The position numbers and the translations under genes are program-made. Positions 37,125 through 45,866 of a DNA stretch of 64,000 nt are shown here, in pieces. The notes beneath the pieces are model-generated. The model was not told where the DNA came from. It worked only from the letters and a program-made list of their open reading frames with translations, and ran no database searches. The stretch's first letter is position 1. The number at the start of each line of letters is the position of its first letter. The DNA comes from an uncultured Planctomycetales bacterium (lineage in GTDB: Bacteria; Omnitrophota; Gorgyraeia; Zapsychrales; JAHFFX01), in contig CAZTCI010000001.1 in NCBI GenBank assembly GCA_964612665.1, positions 252,896-316,895 of the forward strand, read 5' to 3'.

Positions 37125-37670
37125 TCACTTGAGTGCTTCGAGTTTAAAGAGCGCCCTGTCACCTATACGAAGATTAAGTTCATCGCTGCGGCCGCCGTTA
37201 ATTTCTAAAACGTAAAGCGCTTCTTGAGAAGGAGTGTAGACAGGACAAGGATCGTTTTGGCAGGGCGGAACATTTTTTTCAATATAAACGATGCGCTGAT
37301 CACGATTGATCCAAATCATGTCGAGCGGGATTTTCGTGTCTTTCATCCAGAAAGGATAGATCGCGGTCTTTCGAAATATAAAAAGCATACCAGCGTCTTT
37401 GGATAAAGACTCCCGAAGTTGTAAGCCGCGCTCTAACTCTTTTTCTTTTTCTACCACCTCGACGGAAAGACAATGGTCTTGAAAGCAGACTTGATTTGTG
37501 TGGGCGGATGGTTTTTGGCAGGAGAGATTGATCAAAAAACACGGGATCAAAAAAGAGCAAAAGCCGGCGATGCGAAAACGCCGGGCCATGGGCCCGCGAT
37601 GTTCTGGCGCCGAACGGGCCCATGGCCCGCGCCGGACATTCACTTTTCTATAAATTCCATCAAAACCCAC
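37125..37670 (-). CDS. DUF192 (COG1430) domain protein, secreted
   Basis: DUF192-like core ...AGMLFIF...IYPFWMKDTKIPLDMIWI...ALYVLEINGG...; hydrophobic N-terminal signal. The true start may be an internal Met. Confidence 0.55.
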   Translation of the reverse strand: MGFDGIYRKVNVRRGPWARSAPEHRGPMARRFRIAGFCSFLIPCFLINLSCQKPSAHTNQVCFQDHCLSVEVVEKEKELERGLQLRESLSKDAGMLFIFRKTAIYPFWMKDTKIPLDMIWINRDQRIVYIEKNVPPCQNDPCPVYTPSQEALYVLEINGGRSDELNLRIGDRALFKLEALK

Positions 37671-38994
37671 TGCGCTCCCCCGTTAAATTAAGATAATCCC
37701 GAAACTCCATTTGCCCGGTCTCTTTATTAACGGCCGCGATACGCTGAGGCAAATAGGGATGCGTCCGCCAATAACTATACGGCTGCGCTGGCTCTTTGAC
37801 TTCTTTTTCATATAATTTGCTAAGCATCGTCTTCATCGCTTGCGGATTATATCCAGCTTTGCGCATATATTTCAGCCCCAACCGGTCAGCCTCGTATTCA
37901 TCAGACTGAGAAAATTCTGTAAAAATTGCCGTGGCCGCGAGCCCCACTCCGCCGGCAAACCCTCCGCTATGCGTTTGCAAAGCGGCAATCTGTAAAATCG
38001 TATATCCATAAATGTTTTGAAGCCGCTTCATCGCATGTTTAGCTGTAATATGACCGACTTCATGCCCGATAACGCCCGCCAATTCATCATCACTTTTAAC
38101 CGCATCAACAAGTCCTTTATAAATATAAACATATCCGCCAGGCAAACTCATCGCGTTTAATTTATCTTCGTCAATCACTTTAATGCTGTATACAAGTTCT
38201 TTACGGTCGCAGATCTCAACAATGCGTTTTAAAATTTTTTGAACGCGTTCGTTAATATCCACATCAGTATCTAATTTGATTTGTTTCTCAAAATCATGGG
38301 CCATGGCCGCGCCGATAGAGTTTTCTTTGTCGGTTCCATAAAGCAGCGTTTCTTGTTTTTCCGTCGCTAAATTATATTCCGTCGTGCACCCCGAGCCGTA
38401 AAACATTAAAAGCACCATTAAGATTCGAACCCAAAACTTTTTTAACATTTCGCATAGTTTTGCCAACGGCAACCCGATCACATTGTAATAACATCCTTCA
38501 ATCCGACGGATAAACAAACTCCCTTTCCCTTCGATATCAAATCCTCCAGCTTTATCTAAAGGCGAAACAATTGTGTGATAGCGATCGATTTCCCCGTCGG
38601 ATAAGGGATTCATATAAATCTTGGTCTTTTCGTAATCAACCAGCATCTTTTTCGTCGCGGCATCAATCACGGCAACGCCTGTATAAACCCAACTTGGCTT
38701 ATGCATAAGGAGCTTAAGATTTTCTTTGGCTTGTTTTAAATCTTTAGGTTTGCCGATAAGTTTACCTTGTCCGGAAAGAACCAATGTGTCTGCGCCAATG
38801 ACAATTCCCTTTTTCAAACGCGACGCCACATCCTGGGCTTTGAGACGGGCATTTTCTTTGACGAGATTTTCAACGGTTGTTTGGATGTTTTTAATTTCGT
38901 CAACCTGGCTGGGGCGGATCGAAAATTGACGAACAAGATGTTTGAGGAGTTTTTTTCGCTGCGGAGAGTTGGACGCTAAAATAATTTTTGTCAT
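37660..38994 (-). CDS. maf: Maf-like nucleotide pyrophosphatase fused in-frame to an M48-family zinc metalloprotease (lipoprotein-like internal signal)
   Basis: The Maf domain (MTKIILASNSPQRKKLL ... NVIGLPLAKL) runs without a stop into MLKKFWVRILMVLLMFYGSGC (signal/lipobox-like) and an M48 peptidase domain (HEVGHITAKH ... EADRLGLKYMRKAGYNP). The track ORF 37660..39087 adds 31 upstream codons; the Maf start is likely 38994. The peptidase alone would be about 37660..38448. Confidence 0.6.
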   Translation of the reverse strand: MTKIILASNSPQRKKLLKHLVRQFSIRPSQVDEIKNIQTTVENLVKENARLKAQDVASRLKKGIVIGADTLVLSGQGKLIGKPKDLKQAKENLKLLMHKPSWVYTGVAVIDAATKKMLVDYEKTKIYMNPLSDGEIDRYHTIVSPLDKAGGFDIEGKGSLFIRRIEGCYYNVIGLPLAKLCEMLKKFWVRILMVLLMFYGSGCTTEYNLATEKQETLLYGTDKENSIGAAMAHDFEKQIKLDTDVDINERVQKILKRIVEICDRKELVYSIKVIDEDKLNAMSLPGGYVYIYKGLVDAVKSDDELAGVIGHEVGHITAKHAMKRLQNIYGYTILQIAALQTHSGGFAGGVGLAATAIFTEFSQSDEYEADRLGLKYMRKAGYNPQAMKTMLSKLYEKEVKEPAQPYSYWRTHPYLPQRIAAVNKETGQMEFRDYLNLTGERSGF

Positions 38995-39548
38995 ACTGGA
39001 AAATCTTTGAGCGTAAATAACGAAACCAACGGGCAATTGTATTGTTTGAGCGCTTCCTGCGCGCCTTCCAAACGGTCGACGATACAAATCGCTTTGGAGG
39101 CTTTGAGTCCCATTTTTTCTAAGACTTGAATCGATTCAACAAACGATTTGCCGGTTGTCGCCACGTCGTCAATTAAAACGATTTTTGATTGCTGATCCAA
39201 AAGCGGCCCTTCGATCTGCTGTTGTTTGCCGTAAGGTTTGGGCGCTTTGCGGATAATAAAGGTATTGACCGGCCGGCCGGCTTGAAAACTTAAAACGCCG
39301 ATCGCGCCGAGCATCGGATCCGCACCCAGCGTCGGACCGCCAATCGCGGTCACGTTATCATTTTTCAAAATATCCAAAATAATTTTGGCGCAGAGAAAAC
39401 TACCTTCAGCACTTAACGTCACCCGGCGCGCATCGATGTAAAAGTGGCTGGTTTTACCGGATGACAATGTAATTTTTTCTTTAAAGAAGGCTTGAGTTAA
39501 AAGAATTTGTAAAAGGCGGTCTTTATCGTTAGAAACAACCGTTGTCAT
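38991..39548 (-). CDS. pyrE: orotate phosphoribosyltransferase
   Basis: 185 aa; PRPP-binding motif KIVLIDDVATTGKS; type-I PRTase fold. Confidence 0.8.
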   Translation of the reverse strand: MTTVVSNDKDRLLQILLTQAFFKEKITLSSGKTSHFYIDARRVTLSAEGSFLCAKIILDILKNDNVTAIGGPTLGADPMLGAIGVLSFQAGRPVNTFIIRKAPKPYGKQQQIEGPLLDQQSKIVLIDDVATTGKSFVESIQVLEKMGLKASKAICIVDRLEGAQEALKQYNCPLVSLFTLKDFPV

Positions 39549-39604
39549 GATGATCCTTTCAGAAATCCCTCCTCATCGGGAATTGAGAAGGCAGGTGGGA
39601 ATTA

Positions 39605-39940
39605 TTATTGGTTATATCGGGGAATATCTAATTTTCGTTTCTGCAGTTCCATGGTTAGTTCAATTTTGTAACGCAAAAGTGCTTTTAGTTTATCGTATTC
39701 TTTCGGAACCAATCCGCCTTTGGCATAAAACGTTTTGACTGCTTCCACTTCGACAAGCACATCAATATAAGTTTCGGTTAAATTGTCGTCGGATAATTGT
39801 GAAATCTTATCTTTATCGAGAATAGGCACTTCAAAAAGAAAAGCGAAAGACTTGGTGGTGGCGGCAAAAAATAAAAACAAAATTAAAAAGGTTGGAACGA
39901 GCTTGGGCAGGAAACGGTTGGCATTTTTGTGAATATTCAT
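39605..39940 (-). CDS. small secreted/membrane-anchored hypothetical protein
   Basis: 111 aa with N-terminal hydrophobic segment; no recognisable family. Confidence 0.4.
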   Translation of the reverse strand: MNIHKNANRFLPKLVPTFLILFLFFAATTKSFAFLFEVPILDKDKISQLSDDNLTETYIDVLVEVEAVKTFYAKGGLVPKEYDKLKALLRYKIELTMELQKRKLDIPRYNQ

Positions 39941-40086
39941 CTTTGTCCCCTTTTATTTTGATTAATGGTTGGCGTGTCGTGAATACAACTGAATTGGAAA
40001 TCAATATATCATGAGCATATCCCTGTGACAAGACGTTTGAAAACTTTTGACGCGTTAAAGGAAAAAATGATCGGACTTTCGGGCAA

Positions 40087-40115
40087 TTGACAGCGCTAAT
40101 CCACCATGCTAATCT
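40087..40115 (+). promoter_or_regulatory. sigma70-like promoter giving a probably leaderless comF transcript
   Basis: TTGACA(40087)-17 nt-TAATCT(40110). The ATG at 40122 lies 7 nt downstream of the -10 element, and no SD is present. Confidence 0.4.
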
Positions 40116-40121
40116 ACGCCC

Positions 40122-40853
40122 ATGTTCAAACTCCTCGTGCATGGACTATCTGATTTACTCTATCCGCCCAACTGTATTTTATGTAAGCAATCCCTTCGAC
40201 CATTGACCAATCATCTTCCACAGCAGTTGTGCTGGGATTGTTTCGGCACAATCGAATTTAACCGTCCGCCTTTCTGCACCCGATGTTCGCGCCAGCTTTC
40301 TTCACTAGATCAACCGCTGTGCCGTGACTGCCAAACGATCGCTTATCATTTCGACTTAGCTTGGGGTGCGTGTTTTTATAACGAAACCATGCGCCGGCTG
40401 ATTCATCATTTTAAATATGGTGGAAAAACGTTGCTGCGCCACACCTTCAAAACCATTATTGACGAATTTATTTCAACCTACCAAATCGATTTTAAAAGTT
40501 TTGATCTAATTGTCCCTATTCCACTCCATTCAACGCGCCAGCGCGAACGCGGGTTTAATCAAACTCAACTTCTCACCGAGGATTTAGCCAAAACGCTCAA
40601 TCTTCCTGTTTCCTCCTATAATCTCCTGCGTCAACGCTTCACGCCCAACCAAGCCGCTATTCCTCCAAAAGAACGCTTTACAAACATTAAAGGCGCTTTT
40701 ACAATAAAGAACTCATTTGAATTTTTTCAAAAATCCGTGCTTCTAGTCGATGATTTGATGACGACCGGAATGACAGCGTCGGAAGCAGCTTTGATTCTTA
40801 AAGAAACCGGTGCTCGGCATGTCGGCGTCTTGACGCTAGCGATTGTTCACTAG
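40122..40853 (+). CDS. comF: ComF family protein (double zinc-ribbon + phosphoribosyltransferase domain)
   Basis: N-terminal C-x2-C...C-x2-C zinc finger pairs; PRTase motif VLLVDDLMTTGMT. Confidence 0.75.
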   Translation: MFKLLVHGLSDLLYPPNCILCKQSLRPLTNHLPQQLCWDCFGTIEFNRPPFCTRCSRQLSSLDQPLCRDCQTIAYHFDLAWGACFYNETMRRLIHHFKYGGKTLLRHTFKTIIDEFISTYQIDFKSFDLIVPIPLHSTRQRERGFNQTQLLTEDLAKTLNLPVSSYNLLRQRFTPNQAAIPPKERFTNIKGAFTIKNSFEFFQKSVLLVDDLMTTGMTASEAALILKETGARHVGVLTLAIVH

Positions 40854-40897
40854 AAAGCATTATCGACGCTTAATTCGTCGAGCCTTTAAAATTTCGC

Positions 40898-41989
40898 ATG
40901 CGCATTTTAAGAAATTATATCCTTAAAGAATGCCTTCTGCCTTTCTTCCTTTCACTAGGTGTCCTGACCTGCATTTTTCTTTTGGGTAGTTTGATTCAAC
41001 TCGCCAATCTGGTCATTAATAAAGGTGTCAGTTTGACCTTGGTTGCGCAAGTCTTCCTCTTATCTATTCCAGTCCTGTTAGGATACACGCTCCCGATTGC
41101 CTGTTTAACTACCGTAATTCTTACTTTCAGCCGTTTATCAGCGGACAATGAGATTCTCGCCATCCGCGCCAGCGGCATTTATCTGGCAAAAATATTATTT
41201 CCGCTTGTTATCATCGGTTTCATTATCAGCCTTTTTGCTATCATACTTAATGAACATATCATTCCTTATGCCTATCAGGAACAGCGCAAAGTTTTAAAGG
41301 ATATGGGCGTTAAAAACCCGACGGCGGCGCTTGAGGCTGGCGTTTTTATTAACGCGTTTAAAGATCAAATCCTTTTTATTTACCGTATCGAAGGCAACCG
41401 GTTTTACAACATCCGCATTTATCAGCCGCAGCCCGGTGGAAAACCGACCCGAACGATCATTGCCAGAGAAGGCGAGTTTACGCCCGTTCCGGGTGAAGAT
41501 AAAATCAAAATGAAACTCATAAACGGCACTTCCGATGAACCGAATCTCAAAAACCCGAACGTTTTCTATAAACTGAATTTTAAAAACTATTTTATGACGT
41601 TAGATCTTACTAAAGATGACAAAGATGTTGAGAAAAAACCCAAGGGCATGAGCTTAAAAGAAATTGAACAAAAAATTCATGAGCTGGAAAAACTTCTCGT
41701 TGATGTGGCGCCTTTACGCACCGAATATTACCGTAAAATCGCCTGGCCGTTTTCTTCGCTGGTTTTTATTTTACTCGGATTTCCGATCGCGGTCATCACA
41801 CACCGACGGGAAAGAACCGCAAATATTGCGCTCGCTTTTCTGTGCGCCGCATTTTATTACTTATTATCTTTGGGCTGTGAGGCGCTTAGCCTCCAAAGTA
41901 TTACACCAATTGCGCTGACCATGTGGACACCCAATATCCTGACAGGCAGCATCGCCCTTGTCCTTAATTACCGCTTATGCGTATCCTAG
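40898..41989 (+). CDS. lptF: LPS export ABC transporter permease LptF (YjgP/YjgQ family)
   Basis: 363 aa; 3 N-terminal TM helices, periplasmic beta-jellyroll region and C-terminal TM block typical of LptF/LptG; precedes its paralog. Confidence 0.75.
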   Translation: MRILRNYILKECLLPFFLSLGVLTCIFLLGSLIQLANLVINKGVSLTLVAQVFLLSIPVLLGYTLPIACLTTVILTFSRLSADNEILAIRASGIYLAKILFPLVIIGFIISLFAIILNEHIIPYAYQEQRKVLKDMGVKNPTAALEAGVFINAFKDQILFIYRIEGNRFYNIRIYQPQPGGKPTRTIIAREGEFTPVPGEDKIKMKLINGTSDEPNLKNPNVFYKLNFKNYFMTLDLTKDDKDVEKKPKGMSLKEIEQKIHELEKLLVDVAPLRTEYYRKIAWPFSSLVFILLGFPIAVITHRRERTANIALAFLCAAFYYLLSLGCEALSLQSITPIALTMWTPNILTGSIALVLNYRLCVS

Positions 41990-43080
41990 ATAGTTATATT
42001 TTAAAATCGATTGTGATCATTTTCGTGTCAACAATCATTGTTTTTGCGTTTCTTTATATTTTGATCGACGCGGCGGCGAATTTGGATGAATTAATCCGTC
42101 AGAAAGTCGGTCTCGATGTGTTGTGGCAATACTACTCCTCTTTCTTCCCAATTATTTTCACGCAAACCGCGCCGATTGCCTGCTTGATCGCAACGCTGTT
42201 GACGCTCAGCCGCCTGAACAGTCACAACGAAGTTATCGTTCTGCGTTCAAGCGGTCTTAATTTTTGGCAAATCACGAAACCGGCTTTGTGTTTCGGGATT
42301 TTGGTTTCAACTTTTATTTTCTGGGTGAACGAACGTTTTGTTCCCCGAGCAACAGCGTCGAGTGAACAAATACGGACCGATAACATCATTCTTAAGGCGG
42401 ACAAGGAAAGAAAACAGGCAAGCATCAAAAACCTCACCTTTTATGGATTAAAAAACCGTTTATATTTTATTGATTCTTTTGATCCCAACACGTATGAGTT
42501 GGAAGGTATCACAATTATCGGACAGGATAATAAACAAAACTTTCAAGAAAAGATCGTGGCCCTGAAAGGCCAGTGGACAGGTATCGCTTGGAAATTTTTT
42601 AAATGCCAGATCACTTCATTTAATCCCAATGATCTGGCTAATCCTCAACAAATCAAATATTATGAAGAGAAGTTGATGGATATCAAAGAAACTCCACAGG
42701 ATTTTATCCGTCAGCGGATTAATGTCACGGCGATGAATATCCGCCAGCTTTATGACTACATCAAACGCTTTTCTAACAGCGGCGCGACCAAAGCGCTCAA
42801 CAATCTGCGCGTCGATCTGCACCAAAAAATTGCGTTTCCCTTCGGAAACATCGTTATTATCTTGATTGGAATGCCGTTGGCGCTCATGACTGGCCGACGG
42901 AAAGCGTTGACGTTTACATCTCTGGGGATTTCGATTGCGATTGGATTTTTCTTTTATGTATTTAATGCGATAGGCTTGGCTTTAGGCAAAGGCGGATTGT
43001 TCCCGCCATTCCTGGCCGCCTGGCTGGCGCCGTTGATTTTTTTAGGAATGGCGTTGCATTTGATTAGGACGAGATTTTAA
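41977..43080 (+). CDS. lptG: LPS export ABC transporter permease LptG
   Basis: 367 aa paralog of the upstream permease with the same topology; overlaps it by 13 nt. Confidence 0.75.
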   Translation: MRILDSYILKSIVIIFVSTIIVFAFLYILIDAAANLDELIRQKVGLDVLWQYYSSFFPIIFTQTAPIACLIATLLTLSRLNSHNEVIVLRSSGLNFWQITKPALCFGILVSTFIFWVNERFVPRATASSEQIRTDNIILKADKERKQASIKNLTFYGLKNRLYFIDSFDPNTYELEGITIIGQDNKQNFQEKIVALKGQWTGIAWKFFKCQITSFNPNDLANPQQIKYYEEKLMDIKETPQDFIRQRINVTAMNIRQLYDYIKRFSNSGATKALNNLRVDLHQKIAFPFGNIVIILIGMPLALMTGRRKALTFTSLGISIAIGFFFYVFNAIGLALGKGGLFPPFLAAWLAPLIFLGMALHLIRTRF

Positions 43081-43232
43081 GAATGAATTTAGAGTCATCT
43101 CATAAATGGCATTGACCGGGCAGCGGGTGGCACGGCGAGCCGATTGTGGGAGGATCCACGCCGGGCGGAGGGGCCCACAAGCGGTTTTGCCGTGACAGGA
43201 CCCACTGTCTTCGGCTATTTATGAGCTACGTT

Positions 43233-43688
43233 CTAGTGTAAAAATGGCTCTATCCATTTCCTAAAAAGGATAAGACAATCGGCAGGAATCACAACAGGGA
43301 AATCAACTAGCGACGAGACACCATAAGCCATAAAATCACGGGTATTCCAAGTTACGAATGCTGAAACGTTTGAAAGGCTGGCCGCACATAGAATCGAGGC
43401 ATCACCTTTGGCAAGTTTACCTAAAAATGGCCTAACTTGACTCTGCGTTGGACTTGGCCTCATTTCAGGATTAAGATGCTTCCATAATTTACGGCTTGAA
43501 TCAATAAGCTCAGGGAATTTTGCTTCTAAAACTCTGTCCGTTTCCACAATTACTTCTTCAGAAACAACCATTTTTATGACTCCGGCTTCAACTAAACGTA
43601 CAAGTTCTCCCACGGCCCCACTGGGAGAAAGCAAAGCAGCAATATACACACTTGTATCGAAGAAAATTCGGTATTGTGGAACGGTCAT
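43233..43688 (-). CDS. PIN-domain toxin (VapC-like)
   Basis: 151 aa; the N-terminal FFDTSVYIAAL... is typical of PIN; overlaps the upstream antitoxin by 4 nt (ATGA). Confidence 0.7.
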   Translation of the reverse strand: MTVPQYRIFFDTSVYIAALLSPSGAVGELVRLVEAGVIKMVVSEEVIVETDRVLEAKFPELIDSSRKLWKHLNPEMRPSPTQSQVRPFLGKLAKGDASILCAASLSNVSAFVTWNTRDFMAYGVSSLVDFPVVIPADCLILFRKWIEPFLH

Positions 43689-43996
43689 TTGCTGCCCTGA
43701 CGGGTTTTCTTTAAATCTTTTAAAAGATCTTTAAGAGTAATACCTTTTTCTTCAGCTGTTTTCGAAAACTTTGTGGCAACAGACTCAAAAACTGAAGGCT
43801 TCGGTGTCAGCAAAATACCATCACCAACCCTGACAACAGACAATACTGAATCCTTGGACAAGTGCAATGATTCTCGAATATGCGCTGGAATTGTTATCTG
43901 ACCTTTTTCTCTCATCCTTGTAACCATCAAATTTGCCTCCTTCCTACTTATTCTTACTTTCCTACTTAAGGATACCATAAAAACTAAAGCTTTCAA
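43685..43996 (-). CDS. AbrB/MazE/SpoVT-family antitoxin
   Basis: Swapped-hairpin core KGQITIPAHIRESLHLSKDSVLSVVRVGDGILLTP. The annotated N-terminus is probably over-extended; a likely start is at MVTRM or MREKG. Confidence 0.65.
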   Translation of the reverse strand: MKALVFMVSLSRKVRISRKEANLMVTRMREKGQITIPAHIRESLHLSKDSVLSVVRVGDGILLTPKPSVFESVATKFSKTAEEKGITLKDLLKDLKKTRQGSK

Positions 43997-44019
43997 TTCC
44001 TGGTTATAAAAAATTTGAA

Positions 44020-45180
44020 TTATTCTCTATACCACCGCGGCAAATGACTGCCCAGACTGCAAACAATTTCATAACTAATCGTATCCGCATACTGAGCCAG
44101 CTCATCGGCCGAGACTACGGCGGTTTTTTGGCGGCCGAGAATAACGGACGTTGTTCCGACTTTAACGGAATTTACCGTCGAAACATCCACCATAATTTCA
44201 TCCATCGTCACCCGCCCCACGACTGGACAGCGTTTCCCGTCGATTAAAACGTAAGATTTGTTAGAAAGACACCGAAGATATCCATCTTTATAACCAATCG
44301 CGAGCGTCGCGACCCGCATATCGCGCGGGGCGATGAACGTGTGACCATAACTGATTCCCTGGCCGTCTTTGACATTTTTAAGAAAAACAACTTTTGATTT
44401 TACGCTAAGCGCTGGTTTCAAATTTATCCCTCGAATCCGGCGGTTAATTGGCGGCAGGCCGTAAAGCATCAAACCCGGCCGGACAAGATTTAAAATATTC
44501 GTCTTATAACCAACCAGTCCCATGCTGTTAGCCGCGTGAATATAAGGAACGACAACGCCATTCTTATCGAGACGGGTTACCAAATCATGAAGAGACTGGA
44601 TTTGTTTGCGGGTAAACGAACTGTCGGTATCAGCAACGGGGAAATGGGTAAACATTCCTTTAATTGAAAGGTTGGCCAGTCTATTAACCTGGCTGACAAA
44701 TTTAAACGCCTCTTCATGCCAGACGCCAAGCCGCCCCATTCCAGTGTCGACTTCAATATGGATATCAATCCGTTTTTTTTTGGTCTTCGCATATTGACTC
44801 AATCGTGCGGCCAATCCCCACGTGCAAACGCTCGGCGTCAAATGGTAGTCGACAATTTTATCCGCATGCGAGGGTAATGTGCTTTCGAAAAGGAGAATCG
44901 GTTTTTTAATACCGTTTTTGCGAAGTAAAATTCCTTCTTCAATGTCAGATACCGCAAAAAATCCTAAACCTAACCTGTCCAAAAGCGTTGCCACCCGCAC
45001 CATGCCGTGGCCGTACGCATCCCCTTTGACAACACATAGAATTTCGTTCCGTTTCCCGGCGAGACGTTTGATTTGATAGAAATTATGCCGGATCGCTTTT
45101 AAATCAACTTCCGCCCAAGTTGAAACGTTTAATTTTTGAATGTCGTCGATCGTGGCAAAATTCATTTTTGGATTTGGCAA
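44020..45180 (-). CDS. alr: alanine racemase
   Basis: PLP-lysine motif VVKGDAYGHG; two-domain Alr pattern; 386 aa. Confidence 0.85.
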   Translation of the reverse strand: MPNPKMNFATIDDIQKLNVSTWAEVDLKAIRHNFYQIKRLAGKRNEILCVVKGDAYGHGMVRVATLLDRLGLGFFAVSDIEEGILLRKNGIKKPILLFESTLPSHADKIVDYHLTPSVCTWGLAARLSQYAKTKKKRIDIHIEVDTGMGRLGVWHEEAFKFVSQVNRLANLSIKGMFTHFPVADTDSSFTRKQIQSLHDLVTRLDKNGVVVPYIHAANSMGLVGYKTNILNLVRPGLMLYGLPPINRRIRGINLKPALSVKSKVVFLKNVKDGQGISYGHTFIAPRDMRVATLAIGYKDGYLRCLSNKSYVLIDGKRCPVVGRVTMDEIMVDVSTVNSVKVGTTSVILGRQKTAVVSADELAQYADTISYEIVCSLGSHLPRWYRE

Positions 45181-45848
45181 TCTTCAGCGTAAAGATAAAT
45201 AGGTGTTAAGTTTTCCGCGGATTGAAAATCTTTTTTTAAAAAACGTGGATAAGCGAGCGCGACTAAACGGTTGGCTTGGGGCGACCAGAGTTTTTCTTCG
45301 GCTAAATTTTTCTCCGGTGAATTCCCAATCTTTTTTAATAATTCTTTTTTATAAAGTCCAACGCCATCGCCGATAAAAAACGCATCGCGCGGCGTTTTGC
45401 TCAAGAGTTCTTCGATACCAATCAGCAGATAATCGCTTTGACGGTGAAACGAATTTCCCTTCTTTGTGTAAAAACACGCGTACAAAAGACTACGCTTCGC
45501 ATCCGATACAACACAAACCGGACCCTCGATTTTCTCCGGAGTATTCATCGCCAGAATATCAAGACTGGATATTCCCACCACAGGTTTATTGGCCGCCAAA
45601 CTCAGCGCTTTGACTGTTGAAAGCCCGACTCTTAGACTGGTAAACGATCCAGGACCCAGCCCAATTGCGAATCCGTCGAGATTTTCCAATTCCAAGTTTG
45701 TTTTCTTTAAGATCGCGTTGATGGCTGGAATGATTGACGAGGACAAGACTCGGGTTAATTTGATATTCCGGTAGGCGAGAATCTTTGAATTCTCACTCAC
45801 GGCTAAACTAAACGTTTTAGTTGAAGTTTCCAAGGCCAAAATGCGCAT
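45162..45848 (-). CDS. tsaB: tRNA threonylcarbamoyladenosine biosynthesis protein TsaB
   Basis: The N-terminal MRILALETSTKTFSLAV is typical of YeaZ/TsaB; 228 aa. Confidence 0.8.
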   Translation of the reverse strand: MRILALETSTKTFSLAVSENSKILAYRNIKLTRVLSSSIIPAINAILKKTNLELENLDGFAIGLGPGSFTSLRVGLSTVKALSLAANKPVVGISSLDILAMNTPEKIEGPVCVVSDAKRSLLYACFYTKKGNSFHRQSDYLLIGIEELLSKTPRDAFFIGDGVGLYKKELLKKIGNSPEKNLAEEKLWSPQANRLVALAYPRFLKKDFQSAENLTPIYLYAEDCQIQK

Positions 45849-45866
45849 GACTTTTCACGTAATGTT

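Noticed and set aside
43081-43232. RNase P RNA or SRP RNA
   Set aside because: Only a short GGGCGGAGGGG match. It lacks the GGAAAGUCCGGGC, AGGGUGAAA.GGUGCGGUAAGAGCGCACC and ACAGAACCCGGCUUA blocks of RNase P and the GGAA/AGCAGCC domain-IV motif of SRP RNA.
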